Of a DNA stretch of 64,000 bases, positions 10,047-21,831 are shown one piece after another. The DNA is taken from NCBI GenBank assembly GCA_944358865.1, contig CALVRV010000001.1, forward strand, positions 21,186 to 85,185, given 5' to 3'. Positions within the stretch are counted from its first letter, which is position 1. Each line of letters opens with the position of its first letter. Source of the stretch: an uncultured Bacilli bacterium (lineage in GTDB: Bacteria > Bacillota_I > Bacilli_A > RFN20 > CAG-826). The notes beneath the pieces are model-generated. The model searched no databases, was not told where the DNA came from, and saw nothing but the letters and a program-made list of their open reading frames with translations. The translations under genes and the position numbers were made by a program.

Positions 10047-12133
10047 TCTTCTTGTAATTCCTTCCTTATGTTGATATTTCTAGAAAAATAAATAGGAATA
10101 TAAGTTGTAAAAAACATAACAAAAAGCGAAATTAAAATAATTAATATAGGAAGTAAAAATGGTACATTTAAAAAGCTAAGAAATGGAATTTGAATAATAT
10201 TTTCAATATTAAAAAATCTATTAATCATCCAATTAATAAGAGGATTTAAAATACTAGCGAAAATAAAACTAGATATTAAAGAAACAATCAAGACAAAAAC
10301 ATTTTCGTAAATATAAATAGAAAATAGCTGTTCATTACTCATTCCTAATGATAAATAAATAGCGTTATTTCTTTTTTGAAAAGCAAAATTAGAATACGAT
10401 GAAAGACCAATTATTAATATTGTTCCAATAATAACTAAAACAAAAAATATTACTAGACCAATTTTTAAAGCTTCGATTATATCATTAAAGGTGTTTTTTA
10501 ATATAAAACCATCGCATGTTATTTCAATATTTTCTAAATTATTAATATTGTTAATAAAATTTTCAAATTCATCTAAATATAAATAATTATTCAAAAACAA
10601 AAAATGGGAATATGAACTATTTTTATCGTTATTATCTAAATTATAAATATAATCGTACCAAGAATAATCTTGGTTTAAAAAATTAGAAACATTAATACAT
10701 AAATTGTTTTGTAAACTCGCCATCAAATCTTGATAAGAAAGATATATTTTTGGAACACTTAAAAAAGAAAATTCATCTACCACACCTTTGATCATATATT
10801 TTTTATCAAATACAAAAATATCTTTTATATCCTCATCGCTAGTAGTGTCGGCTTTAAAATTAAATTCTTCTTTAACATTTATAGTAATATATTGTCCTAA
10901 TGGGTTGTCTATATTAAATTGCTGCTTTAATTTTTCTTTAAAAGCATTGTTAATATATATACCTTCATCAAAAGAATTTTCACCTTCAATAATTAAAGAG
11001 GAATCAACACTACTAAAATTATAAACATACGATAAGGTGCCGCTATTAATTAATTCATCATTAAATAGCAAACGAGAATTTTCAAATAGTTTAGAACAAT
11101 TTATTTCATAATCGATAAAATGATAATCTTTAATTATGTTTTTTAATTCGCTTTCATCTAATTTTTCTAATCGATTTAATTTTAAAAAAGAATTATCAAT
11201 TTGAATTTCTTCAACCTTGCTAATAGTTGATAAACCATAATCAAATCTTTTTGTTGTGTTTTTTAATATAAAATCACTACTACCATTGATAAATCCAGAT
11301 ATCAATAACAAAACAACAAGACAAAAAGAAGAAGAAATAAATAATAATATATTTTTTATTTTATTATTTTTAAGTTTTTTAATTGCATATTTTAAAAAGA
11401 ATTTTTCTTTATTTGTCTTACGAGATATTTTAAATTTTTTATTATTTTGACTTATTATTAAATTATGATTTTCTTTTAATTTTCCATCTTCAAGATGCAA
11501 CACATAATCTGTGTATGGCATAATTAAGTCATAATTATGTGATATAACAATAACTAGTTTTTCTTTTGAAATTTCTTTTAACATTTGAATAACAATTAAA
11601 GAATTTTCTTCATCAAGCGCGCCAGTTGGTTCATCCGCTAAAATCATTTTTACATCATTAACTAAACTTCTTGCAATGGCAACACGCTGTTTTTCACCAC
11701 CTGATAATTCATAGCATTTTTTATTTTTGATATGATTAATATTTAATTTATCTAAAATATCATTAGCTTTTTCATATGAGGTTTTATAACTAATTCCATT
11801 AATTGATTCTTTAACAACAATATTATCAATAGCGCTTAATTCTTCGATAACATTATAATTTTGAAAAATCATTGAAAAGCATTGATTACGATAATAATTA
11901 ATTTCTTTTGATTTTAATTTTGAAATATCAATATCTTCAAATAGTATCTGACCTTCATCAAGTTTTTCATAACCGGCAATTAAATTTAATAAAGTTGATT
12001 TTCCAGAACCACTTTTCCCATAAATAAAATACATTCCTTTTTCTTTAAATTCGTAATTTATTTTATTTACAGCGTAAAAAGTATCTTTTGAATTTCTTAA
12101 ATATTTTTTTGAAATATCAATTAATTTTAGCAA
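10043..12133 (-). CDS. MacB-type fused ABC ATPase/FtsX-like permease paralog (696 aa), TTG start
   Basis: GKSGSGKSTL, LSGGEKQR, ILADEPTGALD, VIVISHN; C-terminal TM cluster. Start codon TTG with GGAGG 9 nt upstream. Confidence 0.8.
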   Translation of the reverse strand: MLKLIDISKKYLRNSKDTFYAVNKINYEFKEKGMYFIYGKSGSGKSTLLNLIAGYEKLDEGQILFEDIDISKLKSKEINYYRNQCFSMIFQNYNVIEELSAIDNIVVKESINGISYKTSYEKANDILDKLNINHIKNKKCYELSGGEKQRVAIARSLVNDVKMILADEPTGALDEENSLIVIQMLKEISKEKLVIVISHNYDLIMPYTDYVLHLEDGKLKENHNLIISQNNKKFKISRKTNKEKFFLKYAIKKLKNNKIKNILLFISSSFCLVVLLLISGFINGSSDFILKNTTKRFDYGLSTISKVEEIQIDNSFLKLNRLEKLDESELKNIIKDYHFIDYEINCSKLFENSRLLFNDELINSGTLSYVYNFSSVDSSLIIEGENSFDEGIYINNAFKEKLKQQFNIDNPLGQYITINVKEEFNFKADTTSDEDIKDIFVFDKKYMIKGVVDEFSFLSVPKIYLSYQDLMASLQNNLCINVSNFLNQDYSWYDYIYNLDNNDKNSSYSHFLFLNNYLYLDEFENFINNINNLENIEITCDGFILKNTFNDIIEALKIGLVIFFVLVIIGTILIIGLSSYSNFAFQKRNNAIYLSLGMSNEQLFSIYIYENVFVLIVSLISSFIFASILNPLINWMINRFFNIENIIQIPFLSFLNVPFLLPILIILISLFVMFFTTYIPIYFSRNINIRKELQEE

Positions 12134-12171
12134 TTAAAAAACCTCCATAATTACTTATAGGAGGATTTTTC

Positions 12172-12390
12172 TTATTTGACTAAAAGTTCTTCTTTTTGAT
12201 GTTCTATAATTCGTTTAAGACGATTATTAAAGTGATCTCTATCAACCATAATAATATTTCCGCATCCTAAACATTTTATTTTAATATCCGCGCCAAGACG
12301 AACAATTTGAAATAATTTACTTCGTTTAAGACAAGGATGTTCTTTTTTTAATTCTACGATATCATAAAGTTGATAAGAAAGGTCTTTCAT
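12172..12390 (-). CDS. DUF951-family small zinc-ribbon protein (YyzM-like)
   Basis: 72 aa with HPC...KCLGCG motifs. In Bacillus the homologous small gene sits next to ychF. Confidence 0.55.
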   Translation of the reverse strand: MKDLSYQLYDIVELKKEHPCLKRSKLFQIVRLGADIKIKCLGCGNIIMVDRDHFNNRLKRIIEHQKEELLVK

Positions 12391-14009
12391 TAGATCGGCT
12401 CATCTTCCATTTTTACTGCACTAGGAACTTTTGGAAGTCCTGGCATTGTCATAATATTACCTAAAAGAGGTACAACAAAATTAGCGCCACTAGATAAATT
12501 AACTTCTCTAATTGTAATTTTAAAGTTTTTAGGAGTATTTAATAATTTAGCATTGTCAGAAAAAGATTGAGGTGTTTTAGCAATACAAATGGGTGTTTGT
12601 CCGTATCCCATTTTTTCAAATTTTTCAATTTGTTTTTTACTAACTTCACTATATTCAATTTCACCAGCACGATAGATTTCCTTGCAAATTTTTTCAATTT
12701 TAGCGCAAATCGCTTCTTTTTCATCGTAAAGATAATGAAATTGTGATTTATTTTGATTTAAAGCTTTAATAACTTCATTAGCTAAATTAGTACCGCCTTT
12801 AGATCCATTTTTAAATGAATCACAAAAAGCATACTTATAATTATGTTGTTTACACCAATCTTCTAATGCTTTAGTTTCATTATCACTATCAATATCAAAA
12901 TGATTAATGCAGACAACAAAATCTAAACCAAATTTAGAAACATTTTCTAAATGTTGTTTTAAGTTAGCGCATCCAACTAACATAGCGTCAACATTTTCTT
13001 TAGCTAAATCTTCAAATAAAACACCACCATGTAATTTTAATGCTCTAATAGTGGCAACCATAACTACTAAGTCTGGTTTTAAATTACCAACTCGGCATTT
13101 AATATCAAAAAATTTCTCAGCCCCTAAATCCGCGCCAAAACCAGCTTCTGTAACAACAATTGGTGACAATTTTAATGCTAATTTGGTTGCTAATAAAGAA
13201 TTACATCCGTGAGCAATATTAGCAAAAGGTCCACCATGAACAAAACAAGGATTTCCTTCTAAAGTTTGTACTAAATTAGGATTTAAAGCTTCTTTTAATA
13301 ATCTATATACAGCATGAGATATTTTTAATTGTCTTAAATAAATTGGGTTATTTGTTTTATCATAGGCAACAATAATATTATTGATACGATTGATAAAATC
13401 TTCTTTTGAAGTAGCAAGACATAATATGGCCATCATTTCACTTGCAACAGTAATAACAAATTGCTCTTGATGAGGAATGCCCTTCTTATCATTTTGCATG
13501 ACAGTAACACTACGCAAAGCGCGGTCGTTCATATCTAAAGCACGATGCCAAACAATTTGATTTGGATCGATATTTAATTCATTTCCTTGATATATATGAT
13601 TATCAATAACAGCACTAATAAGATTAATAGCGCTAGTAAGTGCGTGCATATCACCAGTAAAATGTAAATTTATTTCTTCGCTTGGAGTTAAACTTGCTTT
13701 TCCTCCCCCAGTAGCGCCACCTTTAATACCAAAAACTGGGCCTAATGATGGTTCTCTTAAACAAAGCAAAGATTTTTGATTTATTGCTGCTAATCCATCA
13801 TGTAAAGCGATTGATGTTGTTGTTTTTCCTTCACCAGCTTTTGTAGGTGTAATTGCAGTAACTAAAACTAATTTACCATTTTTTCTATCTTTGATTTCTT
13901 CATAAAGATCATAAGATATTTTAGCTTTATTTTTGCCATATGGAATGACATATTTATCATCAATGTCAAGCATCTTACTGACATCATATATATTTTCATG
14001 ATAAGCCAT
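12390..14009 (-). CDS. fhs: formate--tetrahydrofolate ligase
   Basis: N-terminus ...LVTAITPTKAGEGKTTTSIAL and 539 aa length are characteristic of Fhs. Confidence 0.9.
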   Translation of the reverse strand: MAYHENIYDVSKMLDIDDKYVIPYGKNKAKISYDLYEEIKDRKNGKLVLVTAITPTKAGEGKTTTSIALHDGLAAINQKSLLCLREPSLGPVFGIKGGATGGGKASLTPSEEINLHFTGDMHALTSAINLISAVIDNHIYQGNELNIDPNQIVWHRALDMNDRALRSVTVMQNDKKGIPHQEQFVITVASEMMAILCLATSKEDFINRINNIIVAYDKTNNPIYLRQLKISHAVYRLLKEALNPNLVQTLEGNPCFVHGGPFANIAHGCNSLLATKLALKLSPIVVTEAGFGADLGAEKFFDIKCRVGNLKPDLVVMVATIRALKLHGGVLFEDLAKENVDAMLVGCANLKQHLENVSKFGLDFVVCINHFDIDSDNETKALEDWCKQHNYKYAFCDSFKNGSKGGTNLANEVIKALNQNKSQFHYLYDEKEAICAKIEKICKEIYRAGEIEYSEVSKKQIEKFEKMGYGQTPICIAKTPQSFSDNAKLLNTPKNFKITIREVNLSSGANFVVPLLGNIMTMPGLPKVPSAVKMEDEPI

Positions 14010-14026
14010 ATATTACCTTCTAAGAA

Positions 14027-14758
14027 TTAATTTTCTTCTTCGTTCATAAAATATTTAACGACATAATAACAAATAAATAATCCAGCAGCGCTTGGGACCA
14101 TAATCATAGAATTAGGTGTCTCAGATTTCATCAATGGATGTTCTTTTGAATGAACAGTCATTACTGAAGAACAATCAATTCCATTTTCACGGCATTGATG
14201 TCTTAAAGCTTTAGCTAAAGGATCATCTGTAGTCTTATCTAATGGTAAAATTTCAATCAAAGTAGGATCTAAACGATTCCCCATTCCAACTGAAACAACA
14301 ATTGGAATATTATGATTATGACCATATTTAATTAACGCTACCTTACCTTTAACATCATCAACCGCGTCAATAATAAAATCAATGCGATGTGAGCCTAAAA
14401 CTTCTTCAACATTTTCTTCAGATATTTTTTCATTATGAGAAATTGCTTCAATGCCATCTGTTAAAGCGCCTAAAAAAGATGCAGCAATATCAACTTTTCT
14501 TAAATCTACATCTTCACTAGAAAATAAAATTTGTCGATTTAAATTAGAAAATTCAACACGATCACAGTCAACCAAAACAAATTTTAAAAAGCCGCTTCTT
14601 GCTAAAGCTTCTAATGCTGTGCCGCCAACACCACCTAATCCAATGATCGCGATTCTTTTTGATGCAAAATTGTCGACATTGTGTTCTCCAATCAAATTGC
14701 ATGTTCTTTCTTGAATTTTTTTATTAATTCCTCTTCTCATTTTTAAAATTCCTTTCAA
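14027..14758 (-). CDS. tcdA: tRNA threonylcarbamoyladenosine dehydratase (ThiF/MoeB-family, TcdA/CsdL)
   Basis: RIAIIGLGGVGGTALEALARSG Rossmann motif followed by VLVDCDRVEFSNLNRQ. Confidence 0.75.
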   Translation of the reverse strand: MKGILKMRRGINKKIQERTCNLIGEHNVDNFASKRIAIIGLGGVGGTALEALARSGFLKFVLVDCDRVEFSNLNRQILFSSEDVDLRKVDIAASFLGALTDGIEAISHNEKISEENVEEVLGSHRIDFIIDAVDDVKGKVALIKYGHNHNIPIVVSVGMGNRLDPTLIEILPLDKTTDDPLAKALRHQCRENGIDCSSVMTVHSKEHPLMKSETPNSMIMVPSAAGLFICYYVVKYFMNEEEN

Positions 14759-15629
14759 ATTCTTTTATAAACTCATCTTTATTATTATACATAATACATG
14801 GCAGTTGGTGTTTAAAAAAAGTAAATTGTCGTTTTGCATAACGTCTAGTCTTTTGTTTGATTTCTTCTTTTAATTCCTCTAATGATATTTCTTTTTTTAA
14901 ATATTTAAGGCATTCTTTTACCCCAATTGCGTTGATTGAAGTTAAAGAAAAATTAGATATAGTCGATAATTTCTTAACTTCATCAATAAGACCTTTATTA
15001 ATCATTTCATCAACACGATCATTGATTTTATAATACAGTTCTTGTCGATTTGGAAATAAGCAAATAAATTTGACATTGTCAAAAATTATTTTATGTTCTT
15101 GCTTGCTGTTATATTCTGTTTTAGACATTTTCATTGATTGAATAAGAGCAAGTGTACGAATGACTCTTTTACGATTGTTAGGATGAATTTTATTAGCTTC
15201 AGAAATGTCTAATTGTTTTAAAAGGTCATGTAATTCTTCGTTAGTATATTTTTCATAAACGGTTAAATCAACATGTTTATCATGTTCATAAAATTCATAA
15301 TCATAAAATAAAGCTCGAATATATAAACCTGTTCCACCGCATACAATAATATCTTTTCCTTGTTTTAATTGATCGTATATTATTGATCTAGCCATATTTT
15401 GATATTCCGCTACAGAAAAAGTCTCATCTATATTTTTAATATCAATTAATCGATAATAAGGATAATATTTACTATCTTTGCTAACTTTAGCGCTTAAAAT
15501 ATCTAAACCACGATATATCTGATACGCATCAGCGTTCAAAATAAGCGGCTTAGTATTTAATAAGTCGAATAATTGATGCGCTAAAGAGGATTTACCAGAA
15601 GCAGTAGGACCACAAATTACATAAATCAT
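14724..15629 (-). CDS. miaA: tRNA dimethylallyltransferase
   Basis: ICGPTASGKSSLA P-loop; 301 aa. Confidence 0.85.
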   Translation of the reverse strand: MIYVICGPTASGKSSLAHQLFDLLNTKPLILNADAYQIYRGLDILSAKVSKDSKYYPYYRLIDIKNIDETFSVAEYQNMARSIIYDQLKQGKDIIVCGGTGLYIRALFYDYEFYEHDKHVDLTVYEKYTNEELHDLLKQLDISEANKIHPNNRKRVIRTLALIQSMKMSKTEYNSKQEHKIIFDNVKFICLFPNRQELYYKINDRVDEMINKGLIDEVKKLSTISNFSLTSINAIGVKECLKYLKKEISLEELKEEIKQKTRRYAKRQFTFFKHQLPCIMYNNKDEFIKEFERNFKNEKRN

Positions 15630-15907
15630 TTGTCTAATAAAATCTCCTTAATTTGTAGTAAAAGATTATTAACCTCATCTTTTGTAATTTTATAATTATT
15701 TACGATTGGATGATTATCATAATCTAATTTTAATTTATTAAGTAAATCAATATTTCCTTCACTTGTCGCTTTTTTAATATCTTCTTTTAACTTTAAAATA
15801 TCTTTATTTTCATCAAGTTGTTTTTTTAAAGAAAAATATTCCTTTATTAAAGGATTTTGATATAAATCATTTCTAAGTTTTTCTAGGGCTTTTTCAAAAT
15901 CATTCAT
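15626..15907 (-). CDS. short YmcA/RicA-like (UPF0342) coiled-coil protein, 93 aa
   Basis: Small helical protein directly downstream of miaB (ymcB) and translationally coupled to it, as ymcA is in B. subtilis. Sequence similarity is weak by eye. Confidence 0.45.
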   Translation of the reverse strand: MNDFEKALEKLRNDLYQNPLIKEYFSLKKQLDENKDILKLKEDIKKATSEGNIDLLNKLKLDYDNHPIVNNYKITKDEVNNLLLQIKEILLDK

Positions 15908-17352
15908 AACAATTCCCCAATTAAAGAATAGGTATGCGATTCTAATATTTTTACATCGACAATTTTTCCTATAAGCGTAGAATCATCACATTTAAAATGG
16001 ACGAGTTTATTACTTTCAGTATAACCAGAAAACATGCTTTTATCACTTTTACTTGGACCATCTACTAAAACCTTATATGTATTTCCCACCATAGACAAAG
16101 CATAATTAGAAACATAAACTTCTAATCTTTTAACTAAACGATTAAATCTTTCATGTTTTATTTCATCACTGATATTATCATTTAATTTCGCTGCTGGAGT
16201 GCCTTTTCTAGGTGAATAAATAAAAGTAAAAGCAGATTCATATTTTGCATAATCAACCATCTCAAGAGTTTTTTCAAATTGCTCTTCGCTTTCATTTGGA
16301 AAGCCAACAATTATATCGGTTGATAAAGTTAAGCCTTTTATCTTTTTTCTCATTTTATCAACAAGTTCTTTATATTGTTTTGAATTATATCTTCTCGCCA
16401 TAAGTTTAAGTATTTCATCAGAACCACTTTGAACAGGAAGATGAATTGATTTCATAATATTGTCATATTTTGCAATAACATCAATAATGTCATCACTAAA
16501 ATCAAATGGATGAGATGTCGTAAATCTTAAACGAGGAATATTTAATTTTGCTACTTCTTCAAGTAATTTAGCAAAAGAAGAACCATTTTTTAAATCTTTA
16601 CCATAAGCATTTACATTTTGACCAAGTAATGTTATTTCTTGATAACCATTATTAACTAGATCTCGACATTCTTTTATAATGTCTTCCATAAGACGACTTC
16701 GTTCACGGCCACGTGTATATGGTACAATACAATAACTACAAAATTTATTGCAACCATACATAATATTAACAAAGGCTTTATAATTATTTTGACGCATGGA
16801 TGGAAAATTTTCATAGACACTTCCACCTTGGCTTTTAACATTAATTAAACGCTTGTAATTATTTTGTAAAAGTTTAGATAAATTATCAGCAAAAAAAGGT
16901 AATTCATGTGTTCCTAAAATCATATTCACATGGGGATATTTAGACATTATTTTTTCAACATTATCGGGTTGTTCACAAACACAGCCAATAACTGCGCATA
17001 CTTGGCATTTATTTTTTCGATATGCTTTACATGAACCAATTTCACCAAACATCTTATCAACAGCGTTTTCTCTAACAGCGCATGTATTAATAACTATAAT
17101 ATCAGCATCTGAAATGTCTTGTGTTTCTAACATATTCATTTCTTTAAATATACCCGCGACTACTTCGCTGTCTCTAACATTAGCTTGACAACCATAAGTA
17201 CGAATGAAATATTTTTTACCAATACCAAATGATTTTAAAAATTCATCAACAAAATAATAATTTCGATAAATCGTATTTTGATCGATATTTTTCTTTCTTG
17301 CATCTTCTAAACATGGAAGAGATATTATACAATCTTTTCTTTTATTGCTCAT
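15904..17352 (-). CDS. miaB: tRNA-i6A37 methylthiotransferase MiaB (radical SAM)
   Basis: YFIRTYGCQANVRDSE and a CxxxCxxC radical-SAM motif. The ORF extends to 17409, but the ATG at 17352 (MSNKRKD) has a GAGGT RBS and minimises overlap with ymdB. Confidence 0.85.
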   Translation of the reverse strand: MSNKRKDCIISLPCLEDARKKNIDQNTIYRNYYFVDEFLKSFGIGKKYFIRTYGCQANVRDSEVVAGIFKEMNMLETQDISDADIIVINTCAVRENAVDKMFGEIGSCKAYRKNKCQVCAVIGCVCEQPDNVEKIMSKYPHVNMILGTHELPFFADNLSKLLQNNYKRLINVKSQGGSVYENFPSMRQNNYKAFVNIMYGCNKFCSYCIVPYTRGRERSRLMEDIIKECRDLVNNGYQEITLLGQNVNAYGKDLKNGSSFAKLLEEVAKLNIPRLRFTTSHPFDFSDDIIDVIAKYDNIMKSIHLPVQSGSDEILKLMARRYNSKQYKELVDKMRKKIKGLTLSTDIIVGFPNESEEQFEKTLEMVDYAKYESAFTFIYSPRKGTPAAKLNDNISDEIKHERFNRLVKRLEVYVSNYALSMVGNTYKVLVDGPSKSDKSMFSGYTESNKLVHFKCDDSTLIGKIVDVKILESHTYSLIGELL

Positions 17353-18139
17353 ATTTAAAAACCTCATTAATTGGAATAATATTTGTGCAAATATGACTTG
17401 TTTTATCAAATTCTAATAAAACAGCGTTAAAAATTAAATCGCTTTTTTCATCAATTTCAAACCGATTATTTTTACCATATAAAACCTTTTTTAAAACCGA
17501 TTGTTTTTCAAAACCTAAAACTGAATCAAAACTGCCACACATACCAACATCACACATAAACGCTGTATGTTTTTCTAATATTCTTGCATCATTAGTTTGA
17601 ACATGGGTGTGTGTTCCTAAAACGGCGGAAACCATACCATCAAAGGCGTAAGCAATACATTGTTTTTCACTTGTCGCTTCGCCATGAAAATCAACAATAT
17701 GGATATCACAAGGTGGTAATTCTTCATCATTTAATAACTCATTAAGACATTGATAGGGGTTTTCAACATTTTGAGTCATAAATACAGATCCTAAAATATT
17801 TGTAACACGTATTTTAATCCCATTTACGTCAAATATTTGACTCCCTTTACCAGGATATGATTCGATAATGTTTAATGGTCGAACAATATTATCAACTTGA
17901 TTAATATATCGTTTTAATTCTATTTTATTATCAAAATGATTGCCTAATGTTATAACATCAACACCTAAATCAATTAATTCATCGTAGTGTTTTTCTAAAA
18001 GTCCGCGGCCGTGACTAACGTTTTCACCATTGACAATAATAAAATCAATCTGGTATTTCTCATTTAACAAACCAATACCTTTTTTAAGTGCATCGCGTCC
18101 TGGTTTGCCTACTACATCACCAACAAATAAAATGTACAA
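17342..18139 (-). CDS. ymdB: YmdB-family metallophosphoesterase (2',3'-cyclic-nucleotide 2'-phosphodiesterase, TIGR00282)
   Basis: MYILFVGDVVGKPGR...VNGEN...GNH motifs. Lies immediately downstream of rny, as in B. subtilis. Confidence 0.8.
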   Translation of the reverse strand: MYILFVGDVVGKPGRDALKKGIGLLNEKYQIDFIIVNGENVSHGRGLLEKHYDELIDLGVDVITLGNHFDNKIELKRYINQVDNIVRPLNIIESYPGKGSQIFDVNGIKIRVTNILGSVFMTQNVENPYQCLNELLNDEELPPCDIHIVDFHGEATSEKQCIAYAFDGMVSAVLGTHTHVQTNDARILEKHTAFMCDVGMCGSFDSVLGFEKQSVLKKVLYGKNNRFEIDEKSDLIFNAVLLEFDKTSHICTNIIPINEVFKYEQ

Positions 18140-18148
18140 ATTAAACTC

Positions 18149-19711
18149 CTACTTAGCGGTCTCTATAGCGCGATATTCACGAATAACAGAAACTTTAATT
18201 TGGCCAGGATAAGTCATCTCGTTTTCAATTCTTTCTTTAATTGAACGAGCAAGATTAAACGCTCCTAAATCATCAATTTTGTCAGGTATAACCATGACAC
18301 GAATTTCACGTCCAGATTGCATAGCATATGATTGATAAACACCATCGTATGATTTACAAAGTTCTTCAAGTTGTTCAATTCTTTTTACATAACTTTCTAA
18401 AGTTTCACTTCTTGCTCCTGGACGTGCGGCAGATAAAGTGTCAGCAGCTTGAACAAGATAAGAAATAACACAGTTACTAGGAACATCACCATGGTGTGAT
18501 TCAATAGCGTTAATAACAACATCTGGTTCGCCGTATTTACGTGCAAGTCGAGCGCCGATTTCTACGTGAGATCCATCTACTTCAAAATCTGCTGCTTTAC
18601 CTATATCATGTAACAATCCAGCGCGTTTTGCTAAATTTTGATCAAGACCTAATTCTGCTGCCATAATACCAGATAAATAAGCAACTTCTAAGGAATGATC
18701 ATAAGCGTTTTGCCCATAACTAGTGCGATATTTTAATCTTCCAACATAATTTAATAATTCTTTATTGATACGTGGTAAGCCTAATCTAAATGCAGCCTCT
18801 TCACCATATTTTTTAATTTGTTCATCAACTTCTTTTTTGGCTTTATTGGCTAATTCTTCAATTCTACCAGGTTGAATTCTACCATCTTTAATAAGCGCTT
18901 CTAATGTCAATCTTGCGATTTCTCTACGAATAGGATTAAAACAAGAGATAGTAATAACTTCAGGAGTGTCATCAATTATTAAATCAACACCTAATAATTG
19001 TTCTAAAGTACGAATGTTACGACCTTCTCTTCCAATAATTCTACCCTTCATCTCATCATTAGGCAAAGCGACAGAATAAACTGTTCTTTCATTTGTAGAG
19101 TCTTGAGCAAATCTAGACATTGCTAAAGATAAAATTTCCATTGCTTTCGCATTACATTTTTCGTTAGCCTCATCTTCTTTGTTTTTAATATAGACAGAAA
19201 TTTCTTGAGCCATCTTTGACTCAACTCTTTTAAATATTTCATCGCGCGCTTCTTGAACAGACATATTAGAAACCTTTTCAAGTTCACTGATAATTCCATC
19301 TATTTTTTCTTGTAAAACTTTTTCTTTTTTTAGATTTTCATTGATTTGTCTTGTTAAAGACTCATTTTTTTGATCAATAATTGTTTCTTTATTGGTCAGG
19401 GCAGCATCACGGCGATCAATATTTTGTTCTCTTTGCAAAAGACGACTTTCCGTTTGATTTAATTCGTTTCGTCTTTCTTTAATTTCTTTTTCGGCTTCAT
19501 TTTTCATTTCTGCAACAGATTGTTTTCCATCAATCTGAGCGTTTTTGATGATGCGATCTGCTTTAGATTCTGCATCATGAATAATTTTTAAACTTTTTTT
19601 GTTGCTTGCTTTATTTCTAAAATATGGTATCAAGAAAAATATTCCTGCTCCTATAGCAATTCCTGCTATAGTTAAAACCACGAACAAAGTAATAGCTAAA
19701 GATAATTCCAT
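18149..19711 (-). CDS. rny: ribonuclease Y
   Basis: N-terminal TM helix, long coiled-coil, KH domain ([10 protein letters not shown]), HD domain (LLHDIGK); 520 aa. Confidence 0.9.
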   Translation of the reverse strand: MELSLAITLFVVLTIAGIAIGAGIFFLIPYFRNKASNKKSLKIIHDAESKADRIIKNAQIDGKQSVAEMKNEAEKEIKERRNELNQTESRLLQREQNIDRRDAALTNKETIIDQKNESLTRQINENLKKEKVLQEKIDGIISELEKVSNMSVQEARDEIFKRVESKMAQEISVYIKNKEDEANEKCNAKAMEILSLAMSRFAQDSTNERTVYSVALPNDEMKGRIIGREGRNIRTLEQLLGVDLIIDDTPEVITISCFNPIRREIARLTLEALIKDGRIQPGRIEELANKAKKEVDEQIKKYGEEAAFRLGLPRINKELLNYVGRLKYRTSYGQNAYDHSLEVAYLSGIMAAELGLDQNLAKRAGLLHDIGKAADFEVDGSHVEIGARLARKYGEPDVVINAIESHHGDVPSNCVISYLVQAADTLSAARPGARSETLESYVKRIEQLEELCKSYDGVYQSYAMQSGREIRVMVIPDKIDDLGAFNLARSIKERIENEMTYPGQIKVSVIREYRAIETAK

Positions 19712-19912
19712 TGCTCTATAAAGCTCCTTTCTTTTGATTAAATTATAAACTCATAAAAAATTAATCAGCCCTATTGGCTATAATTTATATATGACGGCAT
19801 AGCCGATAAATAAATATCTAGAAATAGATATATATATTAAGCACTTTCGTGCGCATATTCATTATACTAATCAAAAGAAAAAAATACTATTTAAAATTTA
19901 AAAAACAGTATA

Positions 19913-20773
19913 TCAATCCAATTTTGCGTACTTAGTAACAACAATTTCGCAATTATTAGGATATTTATCGTCATCGCTTATAATTTCATCAATATCATCA
20001 CATTCAATTTTTCCAGATAAAGGATTTTTTATAGAATGAATTTTTCCATTTATTTTAGCTTTTACATCACTATATTCAAAAGCAAGGTCACAATCTATCA
20101 TTGTACAATTAATTAAAGTCAAATTTTTGCAATAACAAAATGGTTGACTGCCTTTAATTTGACAATTAATTAAGGTCAAATGATTTGAATACCATCCTAA
20201 AAATTCACCATCAATATAGCAATCTTTTATAGTGACATTTTCTGCGTGCCAAAAACCATCTTTTGCTACTAAATAGCATTGTTCAAATTTTGAATTTGTA
20301 ATATATTGAAAAGCATATTTACTAACAAAATTAGATTGTAAGGCTGTGACATTTTTACTTAAAAACAAAGCGTATTCACTTATAATATTGCAATCAAAAA
20401 TAGTTAAGTTATTGTTTTTCCATCCAAATTCATCACTTTTAATTACAGCCGAATCAATATTAATATCGCTACATTCTCTTAATAATTTAACATCTTCAAA
20501 ATTACAGTGAGTAATTTTAACATTTTTAGAATACCAAATTGCAGCCCTACTATTTTTTAAAAATGAACAATTTTCAACATTTAAATAATCATTATGCCAA
20601 AGAGGATATCTAAGTTTAAAATTACAATCTTTAACAAGTAAATTACTACATTCTTTTAAAGGAGATTCACCATCTTCTTCACCAGCAAAACTACAATGAA
20701 ATATTGTAGCGTTATTTAAGTTATATAAGCTTCGTTCTTTAGAAAATGATTGTTCGCTGATAATATTTTTCAT
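19913..20773 (-). CDS. right-handed beta-helix repeat protein (DUF3737-like), 286 aa
   Basis: About 12 repeats of an x-C-x-F/I motif at 20-23 aa spacing (HCSF, DCNF, NCSF, HCNF, DCNI, QCYL, DCYI, NCQI, NCTM ...). Confidence 0.4.
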   Translation of the reverse strand: MKNIISEQSFSKERSLYNLNNATIFHCSFAGEEDGESPLKECSNLLVKDCNFKLRYPLWHNDYLNVENCSFLKNSRAAIWYSKNVKITHCNFEDVKLLRECSDINIDSAVIKSDEFGWKNNNLTIFDCNIISEYALFLSKNVTALQSNFVSKYAFQYITNSKFEQCYLVAKDGFWHAENVTIKDCYIDGEFLGWYSNHLTLINCQIKGSQPFCYCKNLTLINCTMIDCDLAFEYSDVKAKINGKIHSIKNPLSGKIECDDIDEIISDDDKYPNNCEIVVTKYAKLD

Positions 20774-20777
20774 TATT

Positions 20778-21773
20778 TTAAGCGTTTACCTCTCCGTTTT
20801 TTAATTTTTCAATTAAAGTCTTTCTTATCTCTTCGTTTTGCTTTAAAAATAATTTTGCACTTTCTCGACCTTGACCAATTTTTTCTTGATTATATTCATA
20901 CCAAGATCCAGACTTTTTAATTAAATTATATTGGCACGCTAAATCAAGAATTTCTCCTTCTTTAGAAATGCCTTTTCCATAAATAATATCGATTTTACAT
21001 GATTTAAATGGTGGAGAAACTTTGTTTTTAACAATTTTAACACTACAAGTATTACCAATAATATCCGCGCCATTTTTAATAGCTTCAGTTCTTCTAATTT
21101 CCATACGAATTGAAGCATAAAATTTTAAGGCTCTACCACCACTTGTAGTTTCTGGATTTCCATAAATAATGCCAACTTTTTCTCTAATTTGGTTAATAAA
21201 TATAATAGCGCAACTAGACTTATTTAATACGCCAGCTAATTTTCTCATCGCTTTTGACATTAAACGAGCTTGTAACCCTACTTGATTATCACCCATAACA
21301 CCATCTAGTTCAGCCTGAGGAACTAACGCTGCAACACTATCGACAATAATTAAATCAATTGCTTTACTAGCAGCAAGCATTTCAACAATTTCTAGTGCCT
21401 GTTCTCCGCTATCAGGTTGTGACAAAATTAATTCATCAATATTAACACCTAAAGCTTTTGCATATAGTGGATCAATTGCATGTTCAGCGTCAACAAAAGC
21501 CGCGCGACCACCTTGAGCTTGACATTCACTAATTGCATGAAGTGCAAGTGTTGTTTTTCCTGATGATTCAGGTCCATAAATTTCAATAATTCTTCCTTTT
21601 GGATAGCCTCCAACACCAAGAGCTTCATCTATTAATAAAGAGCCACTTGGTATAACATCAAAGTCAACAGGTGGTCTTTGCCCAAGTTTCATGACTGAAC
21701 CTTTTCCAAAAGTTTTTTCAATTTCTTTTAATGTTTGTTCTAAAATTAAATCTTTTTCATTTTTTTCTGCCAT
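20778..21773 (-). CDS. recA: recombinase RecA
   Basis: [22 protein letters not shown]alker A; 331 aa. Confidence 0.95.
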   Translation of the reverse strand: MAEKNEKDLILEQTLKEIEKTFGKGSVMKLGQRPPVDFDVIPSGSLLIDEALGVGGYPKGRIIEIYGPESSGKTTLALHAISECQAQGGRAAFVDAEHAIDPLYAKALGVNIDELILSQPDSGEQALEIVEMLAASKAIDLIIVDSVAALVPQAELDGVMGDNQVGLQARLMSKAMRKLAGVLNKSSCAIIFINQIREKVGIIYGNPETTSGGRALKFYASIRMEIRRTEAIKNGADIIGNTCSVKIVKNKVSPPFKSCKIDIIYGKGISKEGEILDLACQYNLIKKSGSWYEYNQEKIGQGRESAKLFLKQNEEIRKTLIEKLKNGEVNA

Positions 21774-21831
21774 AAAATGTATTTTCCTTTCTTATCCTAC
21801 AATTACTTAAAGTCAAGAAAATTTAAAAGTA